Assembly: GCF_009914755.1 (NCBI RefSeq)
Contig: NC_060931.1
DNA from: the human T2T-CHM13v2.0 reference genome, Homo sapiens
DNA length: 64,000 nucleotides
Direction: 5' to 3' (one strand)
Below the pieces are notes generated by a model. The model had not been told where the DNA came from, did not search any database, and was given only the letters and a program-made list of their open reading frames with translations. Below, one piece after another: positions 31,400 to 47,500 of this stretch. The stretch's first letter is position 1. Every line of letters starts with the position of its first letter. A program made the position numbers and the translations under genes.

Positions 31400-32240
31400 T
31401 GTGAAGGTATGAACACACACACTTGGTTTCTGCTCCTGGTTTGCTTCGAAAACCCTGGGAATTCCCTGAATGCTGGGTGTGAGAGGAACTTCTGTCATTA
31501 CTCCTACAAAGCTCCTTTCAGCCCTATGTGAGTGTGTACTAACAAGGGGGCTCCTGCACTTGGGGGCTGGTGGCCAGAACCAACCCTGGGCTTAGAGGCT
31601 TGGAACTGTTAGCCCTGTACCCAGCGTCCCAGCAGGGGCAGCAGCTGAGATAGAGCTCCGTCCCCAATGGCCAGTGCTTTCATCAGTCATGCCTATATTA
31701 TGGAAAAGCTATAACCCCCCCCCCCAAACAATGGGGTTCAGAGAGTTTCCGTATTGGTGAACACACCCTGGTGCTGGGAGGGTGGTGTGCCCAGAGAGTG
31801 CATGAAAGCAGCACGCTGCCCCCACTCCCCCAGCCCTTGCCCTGCACGTCTCTTCCATCTGACTATCCCTGAGTCTCATCCTTTATAATAAACTAGTAAT
31901 AGGAAGTAAACTGTTTTCCTGAGTCCTGTGAGCTAGAATAGCTGACAAGTTAGTAAACTTGAGGAGGCAGTCATGGAACCCCTGATTTGCAGCCCATCAG
32001 TCAGAAGTCAGAAGGGAGTCCTGGATTTGGGATGGGCATTGATGTGGGGGCAGTCGTGTGGGGCTGAGCCCTGAAGTTGTGGGGTCTGCGCTAACTCCAG
32101 GTAGTGCTAGAATTAAATTAGGTCATAGGACACCCCATTAGTGTCTGCTGATATTGAAGAATTGCAGTGTGTGGGAAACCCACATATTTGGTGTCAGAAG
32201 AGCTGTGAGTGTAGAGAAAACAGAATTTATTTTTCTTTTA
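31400..32240 (+). mobile_element. MER21-type solo LTR
   Basis: ggggttcagagagtttcc..ttggtgaacac, cctttataataaactagtaa, cacatatttggtgtcagaag. Confidence 0.85.
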
Positions 32241-33105
32241 AAGATATTAAAATATAAAAGTTTCCCTCTCTTTTACATATCTCTTCTGCTCTTGGGCACA
32301 TCTTATTTTCCCATCATATTTCACTTAGACAAAACATAAGTTCTAAGGTAAAATTATTAGGAATTTGAAGATAATGAGGGCAGAGCTTTAAACAGAGTGT
32401 GGGACCCAGGAAGCTGGCCCTGGTTGCATGATGGAAAACTCAAGAAAATCAGGGAACCCACAGAGGTGCGTGGAGTCGTGCCCAGCTGGCCGTTGGCAGA
32501 AATGAACCTAAGAGGGATGGTCTACTCTGAATCTACATTGAAAAGATGAATCTCTGACTACTGCCATCTGCCTGACAACATGAGGCAGAACATGGTTGCA
32601 GGTTAGGGTTGCCATGGTGCCATCTTCTGCCTTTGGCCACTCTTGTTTCCTGCATAAGTTCCCTGCCTTTTGCATTTCTGTAGTTGAAGTGACATGGATT
32701 TGGGACAGAGTTGAAGTGTGTAGTAAACCACTGAAAAGGAGATAGTTTGGCCCTGGCTACAGGGGGCCTAACTAAATCCACAAAGAAAGGAAGTATATTT
32801 ATTATGAAAGGAGCTGCTTGTTAGAATGGTTCTTTCCTCCCTAGGAGTAAGGGGCAGAGCCAGCCGAGGGAACCATGATGCTAACTGGAATCCAGGCAGC
32901 AGTGTGGCCAGTAACATGAGCAGCTTGGCCTCACCGGTAGGGACAATGACTGGGACTCCGTGGTTTTATCTGTGTTCAAGTGTTGTCCCAGAACTAAGCA
33001 GGTCACACAAGGGTGAGGCAACAGCTCATTTCCCTGGCATAGGATTCTTAGAACAAAACCTCCACCACCACCAAGAATCAAAGACTGTCAGAGTTGGGAA
33101 TTGAT

Positions 33106-33300
33106 CAGAGTTTGCAAACTGGGGCTGATGAGATTGGACCTATATACGTGCTTGGTTTGGTCCACATAAAGGGCTGAAAAAGAATGGATGTAACTGACAA
33201 CACTAAAACATTTGGAGATTACATTTCATAATCCTAACTTGCTATTTCCCTCGAAAAATCAGAGGATTTGACCACACCTGATCCGAAGGCAAGTTTCATT
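33106..33300 (+). mobile_element. MER102-type hAT-Charlie fragment
   Basis: cagagtttgcaaactgg...tttggtccac...gaaaaatcagaggatttg. Confidence 0.55.
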
Positions 33301-35394
33301 TGAGGGTGAGGAGCCTGGGACATGGAGATGAAGCTCGTTTGACCTCCCACTGGCTGTTGCAGCCTGGGTTGGGGACTCAGCGTGCTGCTGCCTCCTGGCA
33401 TAGAGCTCTCCGCGTCTGCCTGTCATTACTGTGACTATTTACACAGCCCAGGGCTCCATCTCCTGGCTTCCTGCCAAATAAGATGTCAATGAGAATAATT
33501 GCTTTTTAAATTGGGAACCTAATTCTTTCCAACATATCATAACCAATTTTTCTCCATGACGTTGGAATATCACTTCAAGGAAGTTCTTAAATGTGTATAA
33601 GGACTATGATTGATAAGAAAATAAAATTACCTTATAAATATAAATAATTACCTAGGTAGAAACACAAAGGAAATGTCTATTGTAGAGGGCTAGTGAAAGG
33701 TTGGTTACAAACTAAAGAATCATTTTATTTTGTTTTTGTTTTTCATTCAAAATTCCACTGTAGCAGAAATTTATGTCTAGTTGAAGCTGTGCTGAGGAAT
33801 TATATGACCTTGAACAATACCAATGCTTTTACATTATGCCTTCACCATCTGCAAAACAGACTTTAAAATATCCACTCCTGCCTTATTATACTGATAAATT
33901 AGACCACGTGTGGAAGCACTTTAAGCTCCTGGGAAGAGAGGAAGGGTACACATTGGTGATCTTGATATTATGAATTGGAGCATGAACTAAAATGTTATTT
34001 ATTCTGTAAATCTGAGGTTATTATTCCCTTGGCAATTGAAGTTCCCTCTTAACCAAGCCCATCTTTTTTTTTTTTTTTTAATGAGGCTAGGACAGAATGA
34101 AATGACTTTTATTCATTTGGTGCAAATGCAAATTTTTCAATGTTGGTAATGTCTTGTAATCTTAGTGCCCTAATCTCTTTGAATGGCTCTGGTCATAATG
34201 TAACAGAATGCCTGACTTTTTGTCTTCTTTTGCAAAAGGTCTGAAAAAGAAAGAGGAATGCAGCATAAGTAGGTGGCTATTACGATGGAAAGAGGATTAG
34301 GTTGTCTTTTGAGATGTCAAATATTTGCTGTTCTTGTTTTCTTTCTATTTTCTCTGCTGGCACCTATTTGAAATGTGTCCAAAGAGGGTTTATATTCACT
34401 GCCGCATATTCAAATGTTTTGGCCTTAAGATCTTTCCCTGTTGCTTGTCTTTAGGGTAAAAATGCTTATGAGATCATGAAGAGGCACGTGCCTAGTTCTC
34501 TCTCTTCCAAACTGGTCAGTAAGTCCAGCTCTGCTGGGCAGGTGACCCTCCTCCATTGACCTCTGATCTGCTCTATTGCTTCACACCTGTTTTCTTGTCC
34601 ACTTCGTCATGCTCACCCCTCCTCACTCAGTAGCCTCACTCCTTATTTCACTGAGAGAATGAAGTTGATTGGAAGAGGGCCTGTTCATTTCTGCACCATC
34701 GAGTCTGTCCACCCTGAGACTGAGCCCTCTTTTTGCTCCCTGTGGTTACGGGGAACATACATGTGCCTCCTTGTCTATGGCAACAACTGCCCTGATGCGC
34801 TGGGTCCCAAATCCTCCGGCCTAATGGCAAATTTGACTGTGCTAATATCCCCTCTCTTTTCCCTTTTCACTGAGGCACAAAACAAGCTAGAAAGTCTCTC
34901 TCTCTCTTTATTTTTTTTGTTTTTTTTTGCTTCCCTTCAGTTTCTGCAATTCCCAGAAAAAACTTTTCTGCATTTCCTGTCTGAGCTCTATCCTATCTCA
35001 AATCCTCTCCACTCTTGCTCTGTTTCCATCGCACTATTGCCCAGGATGCCAGCAAAGCTCAGGACCCTCATCCAGCAATTCCTTCACGGTCCTCCTCAGC
35101 CTTGGGTTCATTTTCTTTGCTTGGCTCCCCATGAGATTTCTTCTGACTTCTCTGACCACTCTGTTTCCAACTCCTTGATTGGTTCCTTATGTTCCAGATC
35201 CCCCTTAAATACTGAGAAGGTCGAGGGTCTCAGGGCCTGTTTCTCAGTTCTCTTCTTAATCTTCAGTCACTCTTATGCAATCTCCATCCCATCTCCCACT
35301 GGGGGCCTCCAAATTTTGTCTCTTGCCCCGACTCCCACCCTAAACTCCATATTTACATATTTCTTATTTCCACCTGGATGTCTAATAGGTCCAG

Positions 35395-35928
35395 TTGAGC
35401 ATTCTAAGCTGAAGGAATTTGAAAACAATGGCAGAAGCAGGAATGTCACTCTGACCTTTCCCCACCCTTCTCCCCTGAAGAGGTCATAACACCTAGGACA
35501 GATGCTCTGGCCTTCCCCTGAAGCAGGCCACCAGAGCCTCACATGAGACATGGCTTCCCTATCCCTGGAGGAAAGGATGTTCTTATGTTTGAGGACACAG
35601 GCACACAGAGGGGACTCTGAGCACACAGGCCTTGCTAAGTCTCCTCCACCAGCCAGTTCATTGCCATTGGCTCATACTAATGGTATGAGTATTTATCCAG
35701 TCATACTTGTCCAAAGCTATCCACTTCTTCCTCAAACCTAGCATAAAGAATGCATAAAAAACACACAGATTCTCCTGTTTCTTTGAGTCTTCATTTCTGA
35801 AAGCTCCATGTCATGTAAAACTGACATCAAATCCACATGCATGCTTTTCTCTTGTTCCTCTGTCTTTTGTTAGAGGAGCCTCTGCCCTGAATCTCAGGCA
35901 GGTGAGGAAAGAAACCTCCTCTTCTACA
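35395..35928 (+). mobile_element. ERV1 solo LTR, MER39/MER34-group
   Basis: taagctgaaggaatttga..gcagaagcaggaa..cttctcccctgaag..acaggccttgctaagt; ends ..cttctaca. Confidence 0.78.
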
Positions 35929-36220
35929 GGCCCCCACTTGTAGCATGCCCATATCTGAACTCCCCACCCTGGGCACACTCCTTCAGAGTCCAGGCATGGT
36001 GGCCTCAGACATCTGTCTATCCTTTTTGATTGGAAGTCCTGCCTTTTGTACCTGAGTCATTTTCCTGGGTCTGACAACTCATTTTCTCTACCAGTGTCTC
36101 CCTCATTCGAGCCACTCTCTTCTCTTGCCTGGACTTTGGACAGGTCTCCTCTCTCAGGCTGCCCATCCATTCCAAAGTGGCCTTTGAACAACACCGCATC
36201 TGCCATTTGCTTGTGTTTCT

Positions 36221-36578
<358 letters not shown>

Positions 36579-37699
36579 TGACGTCCTGTCTGCACTCTCT
36601 GGTTCCAGGGCATGGCTTCACCACAGCGGCTTACTTGCTGTTCCTGCTACCTCAGCATCTTTGCAGCTAGTGTTTTGTCTGACTGGAACTCTCTTCCCCC
36701 AGTCTGCGTCTGTTCATTCAGATCCTGTCCCAGCGTCCCATCGTCCCACCTTGCCTGACTATCCGATGGCCCTCCATCCTGGCTACTCTCTCGGTCCTCA
36801 CCCTGCTTGGGCTTCCTGTCTGGCATGTGTATCTACCTGACCTTGCGTTATGTATTAATTCACAGGGGCAGGAGCTTTGTGCTGTCCTAAGCTGGACTCT
36901 AGCACCCAGCTCTGGGACATAGGAGGCACTCAGCAGTTGTTAAATGAATGACTATTTCTGGGTGCCATGTGCTTCATTCACTGAAAAGATGAATGGATTT
37001 TTTTTTTTTTTTTTGAGCAGGCACTGGGTTTGTTTTTCATAGGGGAGTCGGGAAATAGATAATTCCGGAGGAAGCAGAAGGAATGTTTAGCTGAAGAGTG
37101 TGGTAATGAACAGCACGGGGCTATCAGCCTCCTTGAGCTAATGGTGGTTGCTTCTGCAAACAGGCAGAGGATGGCTGAAAATACCTTGGGGTGAGCAACA
37201 ATGGACTTGCCGTGCCATGCCATTAACATAGGAAGTCCTTGAGGGCTTGAACAATATCCCAGCTCTAGAACAGGATTCCCAGAAAGAGCAAGGCAGTACC
37301 TCTCTGCAGCACCAGGGGCGTTTGGATGCGGAATTAGTGCAGGGGTCTTTACCAGGCACTAAGCAAGAGCCCTGAGTTAGGAATATGACAGAAGACCAGT
37401 TGTCACAACTGGGAAACAAGTCCATGGCCTGGCCAACAGCCCTGCTAACTTAATGTTGAGCCCCAGAATATGAAGCCAGTGATTCTTCAATCCACTTCTC
37501 TGTTTCAGGATGAGTCCTAAAGAATGAACCAAGATGGATCCCACTATCCTGGGTGACTGAGAGCCTGTCAAAGGTCTCCAGTTGTGTGAGTGGAAGGCTT
37601 AAGGCTTTTGTGAGTGGACCAGGCATGGCCTAGTAGTGTGCTGTTTTGTGGAAATTCCTCACGTATGAAAATTTTGCAAAAGTGAGGCATGATAATGAA

Positions 37700-37895
37700 A
37701 ATACTGTGGTACAGAGGAGAGAGAATTTTGGATTCATAAACCCTGAGTTCAGCCTTGGTGCCAAGTTGCATTTATTGTGTGACACTGAGTTTGGTCATGT
37801 GGCTTCTTCGAGCCTCAATTTTCTCATTTGTAACATGGGCATAACCGCACCTTAATTTCTTCCATCTCAGGGTAGCGTTTCTGATGCTGTATGAA
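37700..37895 (+). mobile_element. MIR
   Basis: cctgagttc..gagcctcaattttctcatttgtaacatggg. Confidence 0.7.
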
Positions 37896-38641
37896 ACAAT
37901 GGCCTGCTGGCTAATATGTGTTATGAAAAATGGGTTTGATAATCAAAGAAGCCTGGGAAAGTCTGGGTAAGATGAAGCTAAAGAGGCTTATCTATCCTTC
38001 CCTTTGGCTTCTCAGAAACTGTTGTTGGCAAGTATGCTTTTTGAATTTCCATGAAGAGTTTTCATATGCAGCATTTGTCAAACTTTTGGACTGCAGCCTC
38101 CCCCCTCCGTTTCCTTCCTGCCACATTTATTAATCTCTCCCTAAAGAGCATTTCAAGGAACACCGTTTAGGAAATGCAGCCGTGGAATAATAAAGGAACA
38201 GACTCACTGAGAGTGCATTGTGTGCCTGCAAACTGCAGCTTGTTTATAGTACTAACGCTGCGAAGGAATACTGGGATGCTTGTTTCTAAAGGAGATTTGA
38301 AGCAAGCTGGCAGGCAACACTAGGTGGAATAAAAAGATAAGTTCATAATAAAAAGATGTATGCAGAAAGGTGTTATTATCTGGGCTCGAGACCCAGCACG
38401 CTGCCGCACGAGCTGACCTCTAAAAGATGACTGCTCCTCCCAGAGCCACAAAGCAATGTGAACAGGTAAGGGAAGAAGATGTGAGCCTTGTGGTTGCTCT
38501 TATGGATGAAGCCTGGATTTCCTGACATACATCATAGGACTTGAATCTGAAACTAAAAGTATTTGCTAGTTTGAAAAGCTGGGAAAAAGAATCTGAGATC
38601 CAAACTAAATTGCTATAACTTAACAAATATTAAAATAAATA

Positions 38642-38999
38642 GGCTGGGCATGATGGCTCACACCTGTAATCCCAGCACTTCGGGAGGCTGAGGTGGGTAG
38701 ATCACGAGGTGAGGAGTTCAAGACCAGCCTGGCCAAGATGGTGAAATCTGTCTCTACTAAAAATGCAAAAATTAGCCAGCTGTGGTGGTGGGCGCCTGTA
38801 ATCCCAGCTGCTTGGGAGGATGAGGCAGATAATTGCTTGGACCCAGGAGGTGGAGGTTGCAGAGAGCTGAGATCACGCCACCGCACTCCAGCCTGGGCAA
38901 CAGAGCGAGACTCCATCTGAGAAAAAATAAAATAAAATAAAATAAAATAAAATAAAATAAAATAAAATAAAATAAAATAAAATAAAATAAAATAAAATA
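38642..38999 (+). mobile_element. AluSg-type with long (AAAAT)n tail
   Basis: gatcacgaggt, ggccaagatgg; pentanucleotide tail 38923-38999. Confidence 0.93.
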
Positions 39000-39306
39000 G
39001 TTGTATGGAGCTACTTTATCCTAGATAACAATGGCATTGATCTGATCTAGGAGAGGCTTACAGCTGACACTGCCCCTTTCTCTACTGTGGAGAAGGATGT
39101 GGGAGACCACGTTTTGTAGTGGGGCAGCTATCTCTCAACTGTGTATCAACTCCAGAATTTACCAGCTTTGAAACCCTGGATGAATTAAGTAATGATTTTT
39201 GAATCTTAGTTCCTTTATCTGTGAAATGGGGATAATTTCCTTAAGGTAGAGCTGTTTTTGCCTCAGTTTATAATCTGAAACTCAGAAGGGAATCTAGGCT
39301 TAAGTG

Positions 39307-39503
39307 CAGGGTCAGCACTGTCAACATTTTGGGGCCAAATACTTTTTTGTTATGGAAGACTGTTACATGCATTGTAGAATATTTAGAACGTAAGTTTCTA
39401 GATGCCAGTAGCACCTACTCCCTAGTTGTGACAACCAAAAATGTCTCCAGAAATTGTCAATGTCCTTTGTTGGGAGTGAAATAGCCCCTGGTTGAGAACC
39501 ACT
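39307..39503. mobile_element. MER20 (hAT-Charlie)
   Basis: ctagatgccagtagcac..agttgtgacaaccaaaaatgtctccaga..ctggttgagaaccact. Confidence 0.85.
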
Positions 39504-39644
39504 ACTCTATAAAAAGATTAAAGTTATGACATTTCTCAGAACTCCTATTTCAAAAACAAAAGGCTCCAGGGGAAAAGATGATTCAGGGCTAAATCTTTTG
39601 AGAATGTAAGGACAGATGTTTCTACTATAATCTTCCTCTGGTTT

Positions 39645-39828
39645 TATCCTGAACTTGGCTTGATATTTTGTACCTATAGACTAATGAATAAAGCTAACAG
39701 TAGCAACGTGATTTATATAAAAGACAGTGACATGGGAGAGGGCAAAATCAAACGCACTGACAGATGTAAGTGTGTGGCCAAGCAGGAGATAGGATGAGGT
39801 AGGCACAATTGTCCTTGCTTCTGCACCT
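39645..39828 (+). repeat. Local duplicate of 41580-41767
   Basis: Direct alignment, roughly 87% identity by hand count plus one 4-bp indel. Confidence 0.9.
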
Positions 39829-40229
39829 CTTGTAGATTTCTTTAATAAGTGCATTTTCAATTGTTGTAGGCATATCAATAGAAACAGAATGTCCCTGAAT
39901 TAGTGGCATTTGATTCCATCTCGCTTTTGAGCAAGAGAAAGGCTTCTCGTTTCCTGACACCACCAGCATCATCGTTAGCAGAGGCTTTTCACCCACTCTT
40001 ATCAGGGTAAAAGAAGAACAAGTCCACTCAAAGCAGCTGTGTGGCTGGTATGGAAGCTTTCTGTCCTTATAGATAGTGTTGTCTGTCAGTGTTACCTCTC
40101 ATTATTTGATGCTGTAACTGGCACCTGTCATATAACACTAAGTGTATTCTCCATTTAATCAATCATTTATAGCTATTTCAAGTGATGAACGTTGTGTGCT
40201 ATAAAACATTCTGTGGCTCCAGTATGTCT

Positions 40230-40780
40230 ACTTTTCTGCATCTTTCTTGTGGAAATTCCAGCCACCAGCATCTTCCACCTAGATTACCAGCATGGGTTTC
40301 CACTGTGCTCCCTGTCGTGGTCTTCAGGCTGTCTGTTCCTACAGTTCCACAAGCGTGATCTTCCTGAAGTGCAATCCTTTGCTGTTCCTCTGCTAACAAA
40401 CCTTCCATGAACATCCATTGCCCTCTCTATGAAATCCATATTTTTGGAGAATGGCATGGAAAAACCCTTCATGGTTTATATCTGAACTCGTGTTTTATCA
40501 TTTCCTGCCTCAAAGTAGATGCTCCACCTTGTCTCTACTAGTTGTAATATCCTGAGTATGCCTTTCTTTCTTATTTTTTTTAAAAAATTTTACTATTGTG
40601 GTTAAGAAAGCCCTTCTTTCTGTCTGAAATGTCTTCTATGCTCTTCCCCTCATTCCTTTCCAGATTAATTCTCACTCCTCATTTGGCTGTTAGCTTACTT
40701 GTCACTCCTTTCAGAAAGCTCTCTCTCATTTCCCAGCAATATAGTGCAGGGCCCAATAAATATTTCCTAAATGAAAAACT
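40230..40780 (+). mobile_element. L2 fragment
   Basis: ccacctagattaccagcat..; ends gcccaataaatatttcctaaatgaa. Confidence 0.6.
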
Positions 40781-41066
40781 TAACAAAGTACAAAGAGAAC
40801 TGGAAGAGCCCAGGTCACAGCGTCACCTGTGTTCCTAGACATAAGTGAATGGAGTTGAGAGGTTTCAGGTGGGAATAATCAACAGTGTTAAATATGACAA
40901 AAAAATCTGTGCCAAGGAACAGATCCAGAAAAGTCTCTACTGCACTTCTTAATTAGAGGCATCAGTGAAAGTCATTTCAGTAGAATGATCTGGAGGGAAC
41001 TCTGATTATTGAGGACTGGGGTAGGATTGGAAATTAAGGAATTGTCATTATGAAGTGCAGATAGAT

Positions 41067-41399
41067 TGTCTTAATCTGTTTGGGCTTCCATAAAAACTTA
41101 CCTGAGACTGGGTAATTTACAAATAATAGAAATTTATGGCTCACAATTCTGGAGGTTGGGAAGTCCAAGATCAAGATGCAGGCAGATTTGATGTCTGGTA
41201 AGGCTGCTTTCTGCTTCCAAGATGGTGCCTTCTATGTGTCTTCACATGGTGGAAGGAGCAAGGCTGCTCTTGTCCAACTCTTTCATAAGGGGCCACTAAT
41301 CACTTCCTAAAGACCTCAGCTCATAACACTATTGCAATGCAGGTTAGATTTCAACTTTTGAATTTTGGGTTGGGGGATTCACTAAATTCAAACCATAGG
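41067..41399 (-). mobile_element. MST/MLT1A-type MaLR LTR
   Basis: tgtcttaatctgtttgggct..gactgggtaatttacaaataatagaaattta..gaagtccaagatcaag. Confidence 0.85.
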
Positions 41400-41579
41400 G
41401 CTGATTTTCATGAATTTTGGATCAAAAGGTAAGGAGACATTTTAGATACCCCAAAATGCCAATCCAAGGAAGTGTTGTAAAAAAGACAAAGAAGGAGAGT
41501 TGAGCATACACAAGGGGATGGAGATGGAGAGAAGTGGGTTATGTCATGGAAACTCAGCAAGGATTGTCCTCTATGGTGG

Positions 41580-44165
41580 TATCCTGAAATTGGCTTGATA
41601 TTTTGTACCTATAGACTAATGAGTAAAGATAACAGTGGCAAAATGATTTATATACATGATAGAGACATGGGAGAGGGCAAAACCAACCCCACTTACAGCT
41701 GTGAATAAGTGTGTGGCCAAGCAAGAGGTAAGATGAGGTGGGCACAGACATCCTTGCTTCTGCACCTGCCATAAGCCATGGTCAGCATGATAACCTCTTT
41801 CTGGCACAGCCCATGTTTCCATTGCCCTCAGCAGTGTCTTGACTGGTTAGAGCTCCTTATGGTGGGGTGATCCCTTTGCTTTCTGAAGGGTTTGGTGCCT
41901 TGATAGTCATGGAACTACAATATTGCTATAGTTTTCTTTGAGTGTTAACATTGGGTGTCCACCTTTGTAGTACTAGGAAAATATACAGGACCTCTCAGAT
42001 CCAGATGCACTTTCCCTTCTCCATTTTATATATCCTCATATCCCCATTAACGATCAAGCCCAATTACTCCAGTCGACAGTGTAGGCTCTCTTTTGTATCT
42101 TTTTCTTCCTACTGTCACAAGGGACCTAAACCGCCTACAATGGTCTCAGCCTTCGATTCAGTAGAAGCATTTTTCCATCACCTGGTTGAAACATTTTTGC
42201 TCTGAGTGCCAAAATGCCTAAACCAGCAGAGCTCAGAGCTGCAGAAATGGGGGTTGAGTGGGGGATAAAAAGAAGAGTGTGCACAGTGTACTCCCATCAT
42301 CACCTCCTAAAAGCTAGACTCATGTTTCTTGGTTATGAGAGGAACAGCAATTCCTACCCCTTTCATGATGAAAAAGGTCAACATAAGATACACAGAAAGC
42401 CCTGTTCTATTGGATGAACCGCAGGGATATGGGTCCCTAGTGGTTGCATCAGTTCAGAGCCAGTTTCCAACAATCTCTCATTAGTCTAGTTATTTCCCTT
42501 CTCACAGCACTTAGATACTTTGGAAAATAAATGAGATTCCTTTGGGAAAGGCTTGGGAGAATATTTGCAATATATGTTGCACAGGAAGAACTCCACATGC
42601 TTCCTCAGCCTTGCCAGCCCTCCCTTCCAAGGGGCTCTGGGCCTCTCTAACAGAGTTGGGGAGCTGTTGACCAATATTTTTTCACCCCTTACATTCATTA
42701 CAGTGCTAACGAGGAAGTGGTTGGCCAGCAAGGGAATATATCTTCAGGCCATGCAACTTATTTCGACTAATGCTGTGTAGTAATCCCAAACCAAGGCTTC
42801 CGAGAAGCATGACACCTACGCTATGCACTTATTCTCCTCCTGGCAGCTGGATGAAAATGACAAGGCCCTGGAGAATGGTAGAGGCAAAAGATAGAAGAAT
42901 GCTGAATTATGGCATGAGGGAGAGCTGCCCACCAACCAGGACACTCTCATTTGATGTTATTTGAGCGAAGGAATCCAAATGTTAGAGAGAAAGAGATGCT
43001 AGAGTGGATTTATAATATTTGAACATTCATCCCTCCCTTATTTTGTTAAAGCACTGAAATTTGGGGGTTTATGTTATTACTGCAGCCTCATCTGCCATAA
43101 TTAAGATAGTCTATGAACAGAACAAGATGCAGGATGATGGAAGGCCATGGGTGCTTCAGTCTCTGTTTAACAAGCTTGCCATGTACATCAAGGGAGATTT
43201 CAGGTTTAGTCTTAAGTTCCTCACCTGTTTCAGCTCTAGGAACTCTATTCGATTAAACCTCACTCCCTTCCCCAGCACTCCCTAGGATCAGTCCCTTTTG
43301 AGTTGCACCCCAGCTCTGCTGCCTATTCCAGTAACAATGATTTCTTGTCTCTAGTTTCTAAGCTTGTTACCCAAAGAATATGTAATCACCACTAATACCA
43401 GACAGTCCACTAATGGGATGTCTGCCACTTTTATCCCTGACTGCTGGGGGATCATCATCACTGTTCCTCAGAAACACTGGTACTGAGAGGCCTCTCTGAT
43501 GCTTTTCTTTATGTTGCAGAGTTGGAGAAAAATAAATGCTCAGATATGATGAAAAATACTCCAACATTTCTGTCTCCCAAATGCTTGGATTTCATCTTTT
43601 ATATTACATTAAAGAATCTCTAGTATCTCATCTTATTTCGTATGACTGTCCTTCAGTTCAAATTTTAGTTGACCAACCTAGCAAGCAATTAGCATCTTGT
43701 CTGCACCAGCTGCTGGAGCTCAGACTTGAAGTTTGAAATATCAAACAAATCCATAACTATAAATGCATTTATCTTAATCTAAAATTGCATAACTCCTTCC
43801 CTGGTCTAATGCCTTCAGATTCCAGTTTCACATCTAGGTCATGGGTTTTTACAGACATCCAATGGCAAAATCATATTGTCTTAGGGTATAAGTCATTTCT
43901 GGGGTTTGCCTTTGGTCTCTGGAGCAGGTGGGATTTGAGTAGAGGCCTAGAGGTTTCCCTTTCAAGCTAATTTCCACAGCAAGGCATATGCAGGGTTGTC
44001 TATCAAGTCAGGAGGAGCTGCAGAGGAGGAGGGGCTGCTCCTACTGGCGTGGTAACATAGTGGGTTTGGGTTAAGAAGCTCTCAGTTAGCTTTTAGGGGT
44101 CTATCCCTGCATGGCTCATGTATATACTTACTGGAGGGCCTCTTGGCAGCCAGGACCTTGGTTCC
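41580..44165 (-). mobile_element. Decayed ERVL-family internal region (protease and dUTPase-like remnants), split by an MLT1
   Basis: - strand LLETGSEL at ~42451-42474 resembles ERVL protease LLDTGSEL; SAGLGILALRAKMFQPGD at ~42175-42235 resembles ERVL dUTPase region; the right boundary is uncertain. Confidence 0.65.
42666..43090 (+). mobile_element. Old MLT1 (I/J/K-type) LTR
   Basis: gagagctgccc..gttaaagcactgaaatttggggg..ttattactgcagc. Confidence 0.6.
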
Positions 44166-44729
44166 ATCCTATAAAGCTTGTATCAATGAAGCAATGTAAT
44201 ATGAATCTCTGTTATTAGGATGCTGGTGTTGGGGGAATGGGGTGGGCATCCCTGAGCATGCATGAGCCCAGCTCCCTGTGCACCAGGCTATCCTAAAGAG
44301 GAGCATGACCACATGGAATGCTGGATCCCATGGCAGAATAAAAGCAACCTTAGAGCCCCTTTGTAGGGAGCACTTCAAAACTGAAGCACTCCGCAGCCTC
44401 TGCAGACAGGGCATCAGATGCTGGAAGTCTGCCTTTCGTGAAAAAGGGAAAAGGAAGTAGAAGACCCTCACGTGTTTCTCCCAGTAGGGTACTTTGGGGA
44501 TTCATATGCTGGAGCGCCTGACACAGGCTTAGTTCTGAGAATGCTCCTTATGTGAGTCCCTAGTGCCTTTCTTGTCATTTGAAGGCAGGCCCCATGGGAC
44601 ATGTTTTAATATCCTCTCCATACTTCAGATTTTCCTTGGCCGCATTTCTCTGCTTCTTCAATCTTCTGCTTCGTGTGAACTCCACCTCTTCTTGTACACC
44701 TTCCTTAGAAACTTCCATCAGAATGAGTC

Positions 44730-45081
44730 TGAACTTAGTTTGTTTGGGCTGCTATGACAAAACACCTTAGACTGGGTAATTTACAAACCATAGAGATTTA
44801 TTGCTCACAGTTCTGGAGGCTGAGAAGTCCAAGTTCAAAATGACAGCAGACTTGGTGTCTGCTGAGGGCCTGTGCCTCAAAGACAGTGCCTTCTGGCTGC
44901 ATCCTCTCATGTTGGAAGGGGTGAATGAGCTCCCTCGGGCCTCCTGGATAAGGACATTAGTCCCATCATGATGTCTTTATCATCTAATCACCTCCCAGAG
45001 GCCCCACCTCCTAAGACCACCACATTGGAGATCAGGTTTCAACAAATGAATCTGGGGGGACACAGGCATAAAACCCTAACA
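44730..45081 (-). mobile_element. MLT1A0-type LTR
   Basis: cttagtttgtttgggctgctat..ctaatcacctcccagaggccccacctcctaa.. Confidence 0.85.
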
Positions 45082-45489
45082 CACACCAAGTTTCCTAGCA
45101 TCTGTGCTGTGGTTACCACCACCTTCATGCTACCACAGAACATGTCTGACGTCACCCCAGGTTTGTCTTCCTGCCCAAGTTCTGTCTGTGGTCTCTTTTT
45201 GCCTGTTTTTTTCAGCCCCAGATGTCTTCCTGCCTAGTCTGCTGCTAAGGCCACTGGTTTTGTTATATGCTTTAAGTGCTCCAAAAGGAATTTCCAAGAT
45301 GGCAACACAACCTGTCCATCTTCCCACTTTGGGCAGTCTCTAACATCAGAGATGGTGAGGAAGGCATCATTTCTGTTCCCCAGACCTTCAGCCCCTGAGC
45401 TGAAGGCCTCAGCCCCAACTCCAGCATGTCTGCCAGAGGGAATGTCAGTGAGAGGCCTGTTTCCCTCAAGCTGCCTCATCAGTTCTTTT

Positions 45490-47500
<2,011 letters not shown>

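Noticed and set aside
32608-32621. Isolated X-box-like GTTGCCATGGTGCC
   Set aside because: Single imperfect motif without CpG or promoter context
34659-35489. 276-aa ORF
   Set aside because: Pyrimidine-rich L2 remnant running into an LTR; Leu/Ser/Phe-biased, no recognisable domain
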